Positions 24,453-34,440 of a stretch of 46,766 bases of DNA are shown piece after piece; position 1 is the first letter of the stretch, and each line of letters begins with the position of its first letter. The stretch is from Asterionella formosa. Its lineage: Eukaryota. The stretch lies in assembly GCA_002256025.1 (NCBI GenBank), contig NKIB01014145.1, forward strand, positions 1-46,766. The letters are read 5' to 3'. The position numbers and the translations under genes are program-made. The notes under the pieces are model-generated. The model was not told the origin of the DNA. It made no database searches and saw nothing but the letters and a program-made list of their open reading frames with translations.

Positions 24453-24956
24453 ATGATTGTTCCTTCCCGAATCTTGAGGATTTCCGCAGTATTAGTACGA
24501 ACAACGTTTCATCCTTCCATCAGATCCCCCGCTGCTGCACGATGGCTAACAAATACATCCATTGGCGCCTTGGTGGCTGACGAGACAGCAAAGAATGCAG
24601 AAACGGTGAATGTGGTGTTCATTCAACCTGATGGTTCGAAACGAAAAGTAGATGCGAGGATTGGAGAATCTCTTCTTATTGTGGCCCATCGACATGACAT
24701 TGAACTAGAAGGAGCATGCGAAGGTGTTTGCGCATGTTCCACATGTCACTTGATTTTGCCCCTTAATGTCTTTGATACGCTTCCTGAACCGTCGGAAGAC
24801 GAAGAAGATATGCTGGATATGGCCTTTGGATTGACAGAAACGAGTCGACTTGGGTGTCAGATCAAAGTCACAAAAGATTTGGAAGGAGTTGAGTTTGAAA
24901 TGCCGAAGGCCACTAGGAACTTCTACGTCGATGGACATGTACCGAAGCCGCACTGA
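24453..24956 (+). CDS. FDX: Mitochondrial adrenodoxin-type [2Fe-2S] ferredoxin
   Basis: LEGACEGVCACSTCH, EEDMLDMAFGLTETSRLGCQI and C-terminal ATRNFYVDGHVPKPH. R/S-rich presequence from the ATG at 24453. Confidence 0.96.
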   Translation: MIVPSRILRISAVLVRTTFHPSIRSPAAARWLTNTSIGALVADETAKNAETVNVVFIQPDGSKRKVDARIGESLLIVAHRHDIELEGACEGVCACSTCHLILPLNVFDTLPEPSEDEEDMLDMAFGLTETSRLGCQIKVTKDLEGVEFEMPKATRNFYVDGHVPKPH

Positions 24957-25202
24957 TAGCTGTTCTAACTACGGTAGATTAACGTGTTTGACATTTCATC
25001 CAATCTTAGCTCTTCTTGAAACAGTTCCTCCTTTTGCATTCATTATTTAATAAAGGGAATTGACACACATTACCGTCGTCTTCATTCTTTTCATATCAGC
25101 TTTCTCAAATTATAGTAGAATCTTGGCTTCTATGGACAAAATATTATGATATCAATATGTGCTATGGTACATGTTATGCTCAGCCAAATGTCATTAGCTA
25201 AT

Positions 25203-26285
25203 TTAATCCTTGCTCTGTGCTGTCTTCTTGACACCCCGAAGACGTCCAGTACGTCTGGCTCCAACAAGACCACACTTACGACCAGAGGATGCATCATGAG
25301 CACAAGTAGATGGGAAACCAATGTGCTGGTGATTACCTCCTCCGTGAGGATGCTCGACTGGATTCTTGGCCACACCTCTGACCTTTGGCCAGCAGTTACG
25401 CTTGACACGGTACTTGTGGTAGGCACGCCCTGCCTTGAGGAGCGGCTTATCGGTACGTCCACCTCCAGCGACGACTCCGATCTGCGCACGAACAGCCGAG
25501 GAGACAGTCTTCTTGCCTCCGGAAGGAAGACGAAGACGGGTAGTGCCATTCTCGTCATCGTGTGTCACAACGACAGCAAAGGCACCAGATCCACGGGCAA
25601 AGGCACCACGGTCGCCTGACTTGGACTCCACATTGCACACAATGGTACCCTCTGGTACGGACGAAAGGGGCAACACGTTTCCAACAGTCAAAGTAGCTTT
25701 CTTTCCGCAATAAATGAACTGTCCAGTGTACATGCCTTCTGTGCAAAGCAAAAGCTCTGTATCACGCTTGTAACGGTAGGCATTCAAGAATTGGACCTTG
25801 GCAACAGGGGCACCTCTTCCTGGGTCATGCAGAATCTCCTTGACAACTCCGCGAATGTACCCATGCTTCTCAGCATAGTCTAGGGGTCGGAGCTTGACAG
25901 CACCCTTTCGGGTGCGGACATGCGCCTTGAAAATCGTGGACTTTCCTTGACGTTGGGCCTGTCATGTCCGTGATGTATGCATGATGCAACACAACACAAT
26001 CCATTGCATTATCCAAGTAAATGGCATCGCAGAGGAAGACGGGGAACCAAACGGATGTCAAAGGATGAACGCGTGGATCATAATGATTCAGGGCGCAGCC
26101 GCGATGCGGAAGAAACCATCATGATGAATCCACAGAAAGAAACAAGGGAAAGGAAGAACAAATCACTGTGAAAGTTAGCTAATCGATGCGGGCGGGGAGA
26201 AATTGAAGAGCAACTACTCGGTTTCTACATGCCGGGGTAAGGCTCAGCAGCAATAGCGTTAACGCACCTGAATGTACTTTCCCAT
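25203..26285 (-). CDS. RPL8: 60S ribosomal protein L8 (uL2); exons 26285-26268 and 25958-25203
   Basis: Spliced product [67 protein letters not shown]. Phase-0 intron GTGCGT..GACAG at 26267-25959 (309 nt). Confidence 0.97.
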
Positions 26286-26465
26286 GGTTAGGCCGTTTCT
26301 AAAATATAATGGTAAACAAAGCCACGTTGTCTTGTACCAGGGTCGGCGTGCGAAGGAGCAAAACCAAGAAAGTAGTAAGAAGTAAGATGACGAGGTGAGA
26401 CGGACAAGCCATCCCACTACCAGGTACCCTGGTACCTGGTATGGTACTTGTACGCTTGTATATCT

Positions 26466-26554
26466 GCAAGTTGCTGTAATTGTTCTGAAACAAATGTTTA
26501 GCTGTCTTTATCCAATATTAAATTGTTTATTCAAGCTTAATGACCGCAACTTGC
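26466..26554 (+). mobile_element. ~90-bp palindromic MITE-like element, copy 4
   Basis: GCAAGTTGCTGTAATTGTTCTGAAAC ... TTTAGCTGTCTTTATCC ... AATGACCGCAACTTGC, about 180 bp upstream of the RPL8 ATG. Confidence 0.7.
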
Positions 26555-26579
26555 TCTGGTACTACCGGTAGCTGATAAC

Positions 26580-26603
26580 TAGGTACCAGGTACCTGGTAC
26601 CTA
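26580..26603. repeat. Perfect 24-bp palindrome made of GGTACCW heptamers (representative of many such tracts)
   Basis: TAGGTACCAGGTACCTGGTACCTA. Similar palindromes at 14281-14298 and 33441-33462. Confidence 0.9.
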
Positions 26604-26814
26604 CCTACCTTGTACATACAATCAATCCAGAATCTTACGCACAGCATGATGCAGGAATTGTCACTTCATGTGTTGCAGACTACCGGCATCATACCTGTAC
26701 GACTAGATGAGGAGTACACCGGTCGCACATGATAAGTGCTCACTGGGGATGTCTACCAGTATATTTATCGTAAATGTACCGGTATATTAAATATACCGCT
26801 AGTCTAATCGGCAA

Positions 26815-27777
26815 CTATTTATCAATTGGGGTACCGTTTATGTCCTGGTAACCGGATGAAGATACATTTCCCAAGTTTTCACTGCAATGTGCAACATTTG
26901 GTGATGGAGGTAGCAATGGCGAAGGAAGGTATACAGTAGCAGCATCAGGAGCAGCAGGTGAAGCCACCGGTGGTGGGTTGTATGGAAGTCTACCTGTGGG
27001 TGGGATTCGTTCTGGTATAACGTCAGGCGGTATTGAATAGGGAGGTGAAGATCGGTGCAACGAATGGTGAGTATAGGAAACATAAGGTGGCGTGTGATTT
27101 GTAGGCACTGGTACTCGATGATTGGGTGGATGAGGAGCATATGGGATTTGTCTCTTCATGTTGTATCGGAGTCGAGCTTGCTCTTCGTCGGTCTTGTTGT
27201 ATTTTCTCCATTCGAAACCAATGTGATTGAGTCGTGTAACACGTTCTGGAGCGATCCTCTTCGTCGTATTGTGTTCCAGCATGTAGCGATACGCTTGACG
27301 CTGATTCTTTACCCACGTAGCTATTTCTGGGTCTACTGCGTACCCTTGAGGTACATTGCAATTTCCATTCTCAAACTTATAATCCTGCAACCGTAGAAAC
27401 ATGATATTCCATTGGTCGTCGCGTTTGGATCCAGAGCGGATTCCGCTAACATACCGACGTCCTTTCGTCGCGACAGTTTTACGAATAGGGACTTGTTTCG
27501 TTTTCTTGGTTGGCAGAACCACTCCGTTATTGTCAGCGGCAGTCACTGCTACTCTCAATGTTGTGTCGTCAGGATCAGTATTTGTCACGGAAAAATCTTC
27601 TTCAACGCCGTCAAGATCGAGAAACTCTAGCGAATTTGAAGTAGTGACTTCGTGACGTTCATTAGGATCAACCAACAACAGTCGATTCGACGCTGCCAAG
27701 CAAAGAGTCATAAATGATGATCCATTCGTCTCTTCCTCTCTTGTTGCAGATCCTTCCCCAGATGATGAAGGTTCCAT
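26815..27777 (-). CDS. Helicase-associated (HA) domain protein with Pro-rich tail (320 aa)
   Basis: QWNIMFLRLQDYKFENGNCNVPQGY..PEIATWVKNQRQAY...ERVTRLNHIGFEW matches the HA repeat consensus. Confidence 0.9.
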   Translation of the reverse strand: MEPSSSGEGSATREEETNGSSFMTLCLAASNRLLLVDPNERHEVTTSNSLEFLDLDGVEEDFSVTNTDPDDTTLRVAVTAADNNGVVLPTKKTKQVPIRKTVATKGRRYVSGIRSGSKRDDQWNIMFLRLQDYKFENGNCNVPQGYAVDPEIATWVKNQRQAYRYMLEHNTTKRIAPERVTRLNHIGFEWRKYNKTDEEQARLRYNMKRQIPYAPHPPNHRVPVPTNHTPPYVSYTHHSLHRSSPPYSIPPDVIPERIPPTGRLPYNPPPVASPAAPDAATVYLPSPLLPPSPNVAHCSENLGNVSSSGYQDINGTPIDK

Positions 27778-28385
27778 CGTCGACTAGACTCGACTCGACC
27801 CAATGTGGACGGCGATAGGAGATATCGACAGATATGTTGGGAATACGACGAAACTGTTTTCTAGATTTTATATTTAAAATTGTTCATGAAATTGAGTTTG
27901 CACATGGATACGATACTGGTACACACTATCCCTCGTACCGGTAGAAGCAAATCGGAACCATCAACTCTCCTCAAGTTTTATTACGAGACCGAAACGTACC
28001 ACTTTGCACGTAGAAAAGATAAATCAAATATCTTTTGCTTTGTTCCATGTACGACATGCCGGTACACTTCTTGTCATCAGCCAGTATCGGAAGACAACGT
28101 ACCTGGTACCAGGGTACCTACCGTTGCCTCGAGAAGTAATAGACTTAATAAAGTCCATCAAACATGTCAGTAAAAACACCTGAAGGAATGATATTTTAAA
28201 AAGCATACATACCGGTATGCATGTGTACAGCATCATGCTCCTTCAAATACAGTGGAATGAATAATCCTTCCATGTTTCATAAATTCTTGCACGTTATTTT
28301 CCCCCGCCAACCAAACTTCAGAGTTCGTGTCCTCCTCGCGTTTATAGTAAGTAGCTGCCAACCGTGCTACTGTTACTCACATCCC

Positions 28386-28712
28386 ATGTGGTTCTGTCCA
28401 CTAGATGGAACGTTATTGCAGGTACAGCTTCCATCTGGCCAAGATGCAACTTTCTTTCGCTGCTCGACCTGCCCCTATTCTTGCAGCATTTCCAGACCAG
28501 TAACGAAGAAGACATATCCAGCAAGGAAACAAGTGGATGATGTACTTGGTGGAGCAGCAGCGTGGGAGAACGTGGACCGAACAATGGCTGTCTGCCCGAA
28601 ATGTTCGCACAGCGAGGCATACTTTTTGCAGATGCAAATTAGAAGTGCAGACGAGCCCATGAGCGTATTTTACAAGTGTTGCAAGTGCTCGCATCAGTGG
28701 AACGATAAATAG
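28386..28712 (+). CDS. RPC11: RNA polymerase III subunit C11 (RPC10/RPC11), 108 aa
   Basis: MWFCP..., FRCSTCPY, VDDVLGGAAAWENVD and CPKC...AYFLQMQIRSADEPMSVFYKCCKC (TFIIS-like zinc ribbon). The true start is the ATG at 28386. Confidence 0.96.
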   Translation: MWFCPLDGTLLQVQLPSGQDATFFRCSTCPYSCSISRPVTKKTYPARKQVDDVLGGAAAWENVDRTMAVCPKCSHSEAYFLQMQIRSADEPMSVFYKCCKCSHQWNDK

Positions 28713-29062
28713 GGGAAGTAAAAATTGAAGCGAGCTTGGGTGTTTACTGGGTGCTTGTCCTGGTTTCGTCTCGACCTGGCGTTTCGGACCTACCACTGTT
28801 TTCTAAATATACTTTGCCCAATGTCAGTTGAGTTTCAATGCTGGCGGAACGAAGAAGTCAATGCTTAAATTAATGCAATACTGGCTCAGTACTCAGCACT
28901 GCTACAATTGCCACGCCGTTATGGTATAAGAAATCATGCAAGAGCACAGCTCCTCAAAAACATAAGGATACACGGCATGACACCTTTCTAATTCGTCGCA
29001 CCTGATGATTTTTTTGTTCAGCTAACATTCCGTGTCAGCCGTAGAAATCCTATACTTAGATG

Positions 29063-29979
29063 TTAATTCCAGCCAAATAAAAATTCGACAACTCGTTGGC
29101 AAACACTTTTGTTTCCATCTGTGCGTGGCATGTTAACATTTCGGTCCAACAAAATGTCAACATCATTCCATGTCTTATTCTTCGTTTGACTGCTGCTGGA
29201 CAACGACTTAGCGGTTGAACCTAAATTGGATTGCTCTGTCCAATCCAGTGAAGACTTTAATGAATAATTCATTCTTGTGACACCAATCAAGACACCATTG
29301 CTCAACATGCCAGCTTGTTGGCAGAGCGCCTTTTCTGCTTGAATCTCCGATTCGTACTGAAAAGCGACCCAATTGGCACTTCCAGGCTTGCAAATTCCTC
29401 GGCGACCAGTGACTCGGCCAAAGGATTCAAAACGGTGAATAATCTGGTCGAACTGATTGCGAGTGGCATAGCCGAATACAACAACCCATCTCTGAAAGTT
29501 ATTATCATCCCGTTCCCAACTCTCGAGAGCGCCGTTATGAGCATCCTTATGATCTTCCTCAGATTTCTACATGCATTAAGACGAAGAATCCGTGAGCTGA
29601 TATTCGAAACAAAAATGCAAAAAAAGTCCATGAAGAATTTGAAACTCACAATGATGGTTTCGGGCAATTCCAGATACAAGGCGCCAGTGGCAAGCAAACT
29701 AGACTTTGGAGGCAAGAAGACAGGCTCAATAGTCTTAGTTGACTCCAAAGATTGCTTTCTTCTCCTAAGCGTTGTATTGTCGACCTGAGAAAAGGGAGCT
29801 CTCGCCTGAGGAGGCGATTGAACGCCGTTTGCAAATGATGTCACATTGCTATAGTTACTCGCTCCCTTCAAAAGTGGATTTGCAATTGGTTTTGGAGAAT
29901 CATTCTTGTCTTTCTTGTAACTCTGTTCACTTGTTGGAAGTGCCCAGCCAAACGCTTGGGCTGACGACGATGTAGCCAT
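29063..29979 (-). CDS. NUP35: Nucleoporin Nup35/Nup53; exons 29979-29650 and 29566-29063
   Basis: Removing the 83-nt GTGAGT..TGTAG intron (29649-29567) gives the RRM-like WVVVFGY..IIHRFESFG..NWVAFQYESEIQAEKAL..GVLIGV and a C-terminal amphipathic helix VVEFLFGW. Confidence 0.88.
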
Positions 29980-30751
29980 GATCGAAGGAAAGGTTGTTGA
30001 TCGTTGGTTGGTTTGATCAGATTTTTTTGAGATTTTGATGCATTGGCGTTTTAATAAAGTTCATGGGCTTTCCAGTGAAGGTGATTGGGTGAATGGCTAT
30101 TATAACGGTGGGTTATTTGGCGTTAACTGTCACCTATAAACGTTTGATTCATGTCCTCCCGCAGAGCTAGACTACCGGTACTGGTAGTCATTTTAGATGT
30201 AGGTTGTGGTTCGTCGCCATATGCCAGTACTGCATGATAACGGTTTGCATCTGACGTATTTTCTAAAATAATAGACAATACAGAAGACAGACTCGAACCA
30301 AACAACACAGCCAGCAGGCAGGTATGCATAGTTGCACCAGGTAATGAGTACTCTCTCTGGTTGAAAATACGGTACCAGAGGCCAGTACCAGGTACCTGGT
30401 ACCGGTATTTCATAGTTGCATAACCGGTACAGAAGGCCAAGTAAGGTATACCTGGTATCGTCCTGGTACCAAGTACTCCCTACCAGCTACCAGGTACCTG
30501 GTACAGGATCGCTTCTGCTGGGCGGTATGCTGATACCAGTGTACTGATGATCATATAGAAATGAATTGGATATGACTGCTAGATACGAGGCGTTGTTCAA
30601 CTATGGTCATGGATCTGACCATCATAGTGATGGTGTCAAAGAAAGAAATGCGCATCACAATACAAACGATATAAAATAACAACGCTAAAATTTTATGCAA
30701 TAGTAACACCCCAACGCTAGATCCTAAATACTGCACAATCAAACCAGCATC

Positions 30752-31213
30752 ATGAAGAATAGCATCCTGTCCTTCCTTATGATCTTGAGTACTCTCGGTT
30801 GCGTTTCGTCGTTTGCCAGTTCTCGTCCTTCGTCATTCGGCATCAAGAGTCTTGATCCTACTAAAACGGTCCTCCAGATGGGGTTCATGGATGGAATCGG
30901 AGACTTTATGAAGAGATTTACGTTAAAGGCTGATGCTTCTCACATTCTCATGAAAGGAGAAAATGCGTCTAACAAGCTTGAAGAATTGAAAAGTCAAATT
31001 GGTAACGACCCCGTCAAATTTGCCGAAGCAGCGGCACAATTTTCTGCATGTCCCTCAGGAAGGAAGGGAGGTAACCTGGGCGAATTCGGGCCCGGGATGA
31101 TGGTAAAGGAATTCGATACTATCGTTTTCAAGGAAGAAGTTGGAGTTGTCCATGGTCCGATCAAGACTCAGTTTGGCTCTCATTTAATTTTGATCAACCA
31201 GCGAAACGACTAA
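30752..31213 (+). CDS. Parvulin (PpiC-type) peptidyl-prolyl isomerase, plastid-targeted
   Basis: ASHILMK, FAEAAAQFSACPSGRKGGNLGEF..GMMVKEFD and GPIKTQFGSHLI. The signal peptide ends VSS-F. Confidence 0.95.
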   Translation: MKNSILSFLMILSTLGCVSSFASSRPSSFGIKSLDPTKTVLQMGFMDGIGDFMKRFTLKADASHILMKGENASNKLEELKSQIGNDPVKFAEAAAQFSACPSGRKGGNLGEFGPGMMVKEFDTIVFKEEVGVVHGPIKTQFGSHLILINQRND

Positions 31214-31801
31214 ATTGATCCACATATATTATCCTCGTTACGCGTACAGTATAATTTTATGCAAAAAACGTGGTTCAAGAATGGTAGAACTTACATGAAA
31301 TCGCCTACCGATTGTTCCTGTGTGTGCTGGATTCAGTCCTAGCTGCTTTAGCCGGCGGGATATTGCACTAACGACACCCGTAGGCGAGTAGTTACCAATT
31401 GTCACATTGGCCTAGTTGAGTTGACCATACTTTGGTGTCAATCGAAAAAAGAGAGGAGCAAAATGCCGAAAAGCGATCAAGTACATGGTCCACACATTTG
31501 CTCGAGTCCATGAGCGAGATCGACCAAGTTTAATTGTCGGTTTGTTCTAAACAACTGTGTTGCATTTTTCCTAGATATGATGACACTCCATCCACTTAAC
31601 AGGCAGGCTATTGTTTACATCTCTATCTATGTAATGGCATTACGTGGATCACTGCTATGATTTAGATGACATTATAAAATAGCTAAAACTTTAAAGTCTT
31701 GGAAATAGATAAGTCGATCAATGTTGCTGATATATTTGTTTCACACGATGAATCCATTATCTTGATGTGCAATTTGTAGGGACAAGCGAATGCGAGGAGG
31801 C

Positions 31802-33244
31802 TCAGCTTTTGATATCCTGGTTGTGGCTTACAGAATTCAAGTCCGCAAGGGTCTGAAAAAGTTCCTGGTAATTGCCACGAAAAAGCTCATCCTTAGTCAA
31901 AACATGGTTCAAGAGCTGCTCTGGCGTGAGGCCTTCAGACAGGGCCACAACTCTTCGTAGCAAATCCTGCAAACTCGCATTTCGAAACGAGGAAAAGATC
32001 AATTTCACAGCTAACTTCTGGGCGTTGGTGTCGCAAAGTAGGGATGCCGCCACCATTTGCTGTAAACATTTCAGGACCTGATTCCCTCCAAAGGCGCCAC
32101 AACCCCATTGCCCAGTAGATATGACAGCACAGCTCGATCCGAAATCAGGGGTTGTGACAAAGGTTGGATCAGAGAGCTGCAGTGACGTGGCGGCACTGCC
32201 GAGAAAGCCGAGATATGCCTTCCGAATGTCTCTCAGGTTTGATTTCAAGGTAAACTGACTGCCATGACATGTTGTTATGGAGGCATCCATAAAGATGATT
32301 GTCTGTGGTGGAAAGTTGTCAACTTCGCGACCTTCAAATCTAAAAGTTTGCAAGTATCCCGAATACTTTGAAAATCGCTTGGCATTTCTCACCACCACCA
32401 CAGTATCCTCATTCATTTCCCCGTGAACAAGCATGCCAACGTTTATCTCCGGGCAACACATCTGTAGAATCTCTTCCTGTGTGCAGCACCCTAAAAATTG
32501 ACCCACTCCAAAAAGCTTATTGGCAAAATTGACCATGCTTGTAGCATCCTTTGTTTCCATGGGAGCTGTTGTGATGTCGGCAAAGATTCTGTTTGATATT
32601 TTAGGTTGTTTCCAGCCAGGCAACGCCAGAAATTTTTCCATTGAGACATTGATTCGATCGAAAACCACATCTTTGTTTTCCTCCAGCATGTCCTCGGCTG
32701 GTCTCTCGGTACTTTGAAAGTATTGGATGAGACACAGAATCTTTTGGCTCGAAATTTGCGAATATTTGGACCCATCCTCGGACATTATATCATAAAAGTT
32801 AAGACCAGTCTTCCCGCGTCTAAACTGCCTAACCTTTTTGACAGCAACAGGATCGCCCCCTATATTCCCCAGAAAAGCATTGGCAAGCAAGCCGCGACAC
32901 TCACTTCGCGACCTAGTCCAGTGGGCGGGTTCCAAGGGAAACATAGCATTGTGTTTTTCTTTCTTGTATTGATCCAATACAGAAGTTGCAGAGTCTACCA
33001 GGGAATCAACAAATACTGTCAGTCTTCTTACGTCCTCATCAAAGAAGCATTTCAAAGCATGGTACAAGCTTGTCGTTGACACATCAACATTTCCTGCGGA
33101 TGAATTAGTAAGAAGCAGAATCTTTTTGGTTAGTTCCTGAGCTGACGCGACGTTGTTGTACCTAGTCTTAAGTATAGCGGAGTCGTCGATGATGAAGAGG
33201 GGGAATTTTTGCATTTTCTTTAGAATAAAGGACGTGTAATTCAT
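31802..33244 (-). CDS. PARG: Poly(ADP-ribose) glycohydrolase (PARG) family protein (480 aa)
   Basis: LLANAF, KILCLIQYF, VNFANKLFGVG..CTQEEI...PE, RFSKYSGY, RDIRKAYLGF and STGQWGCGAFGGN..LK..QQMVAAS. Confidence 0.9.
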   Translation of the reverse strand: MNYTSFILKKMQKFPLFIIDDSAILKTRYNNVASAQELTKKILLLTNSSAGNVDVSTTSLYHALKCFFDEDVRRLTVFVDSLVDSATSVLDQYKKEKHNAMFPLEPAHWTRSRSECRGLLANAFLGNIGGDPVAVKKVRQFRRGKTGLNFYDIMSEDGSKYSQISSQKILCLIQYFQSTERPAEDMLEENKDVVFDRINVSMEKFLALPGWKQPKISNRIFADITTAPMETKDATSMVNFANKLFGVGQFLGCCTQEEILQMCCPEINVGMLVHGEMNEDTVVVVRNAKRFSKYSGYLQTFRFEGREVDNFPPQTIIFMDASITTCHGSQFTLKSNLRDIRKAYLGFLGSAATSLQLSDPTFVTTPDFGSSCAVISTGQWGCGAFGGNQVLKCLQQMVAASLLCDTNAQKLAVKLIFSSFRNASLQDLLRRVVALSEGLTPEQLLNHVLTKDELFRGNYQELFQTLADLNSVSHNQDIKS

Positions 33245-33472
33245 CGGGGATACGAGGTAAATAAAATGTGAATAAAATCATTGTGAGACATCAGATCTTA
33301 CACCAGTACAAAAATATTTATAGACTACCTGGTACCGTAGCTAGTGCAACAAGATTTAAGCAAATATGCCGGTACATATACGCAATTCGCACTATGTAAT
33401 AACAGTACTGACGGGCGCTTGCCCAGAACCCAGAACTGACTACCAGGTACCGGTACCTGGTACCTGATACCT

Positions 33473-33514
33473 GCAAGTTGCGGTAAATGTTGCTGAACTA
33501 AAGTTTTAGCTATC
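33473..33514 (+). mobile_element. ~90-bp MITE-like element, copy 5 (left half only)
   Basis: GCAAGTTGCGGTAAATGTTGCTGAACTAAAGTTTTAGCTATC, after which the similarity ends. Confidence 0.65.
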
Positions 33515-33769
33515 AATTTCCACATCTTCTTTGGCTTCTTATGACGAAGACTTAATTATACATCCAAACCATCAAAATCAAATCATAAATGAGTGAAAAT
33601 CGATTTTTAGTCATGACTAATAGTACTACTACCCGGTAATAGACTGGAGGATTGATACATGTTCATGACTACTAGGGGCAAGGATTGGATCGTGTTCCTG
33701 ACAAGACTCAAAGAAACAGGAGTGGAGTAGTCTTCCACATCATTCCATAATGGAGAACAGACAGAAGAG

Positions 33770-34440
33770 ATCTCTGCCCTTCTATTTCAACCCCATTAGT
33801 TAAGTGGAGATATCAATAAGGTTTCTAGCAGCAGTATTAATGTTGATAATTTGTACTAAGGTACTACTACCCAAGGAAGCATATTCATAGAAACCATGAT
33901 AAACAGCAGCAATGTGCTTGGTGTGGGATTTTAATTTTGGCCCAACATTTTTAAATAGACAAGCACTATTATCTTCATAGATTTTCAAAAGAAATGAAAT
34001 AGCTACGTCAGTAGCTTTACAAACATGGAGGACAATCAATGCTTCCAAACTTAGCTATATGATAATGCTTGATAGTCAGCTCAGCAGCTTCCATACTCGT
34101 AAATAGTGCAATGAAACCAAAAGTAGAGAGAATCCTTCGAAAAAATATCAGTATGGGATTCAGAACATACAGGGAGATCATCCCAATTTTCCGACCCAAG
34201 TAAACAAACAAAATCACAACCATCGAAATCAACAGTAGGGTGAAAGATAATTCTTTGATCATGTACGTCTAGTACTAGTGTAAATTTCAATTTTGACATA
34301 AAATCTTTGTGGCCACTTCTTCATGAGCGGCATGAGAAGAAGGTAGACGAGAGAAAAAGGCACACTGATGGACTGCAAATGCAATATCAGGATAAAAATT
34401 AAATGAACTTAGAATAGCATGCCATGATCAAGCCAAGAAT
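33770..34440 (-). mobile_element. Degenerate Ty1/copia retrotransposon fragment (RT C-terminus and RNase H)
   Basis: Frameshifted remnants YPDIAFAVHQCA (about 34395-34360), IALFTSMEAAE, IYEDNSAC...KSHTKHIA..YH and NLIDIST, ending in an LMG-like terminus. Confidence 0.8.

Noticed and set aside
26073..26133. C/D-box snoRNA in the RPL8 intron (ATGATGG ... CTGA)
   Set aside because: Box C is imperfect and only about 25 nt separate the boxes, too short for a canonical snoRNA. No H box between the hairpins either.
28221..28385. 55-aa N-terminal extension of RPC11 in the ORF track
   Set aside because: Homology begins at MWFCP (28386); the extension is most likely 5' UTR that happens to be open.
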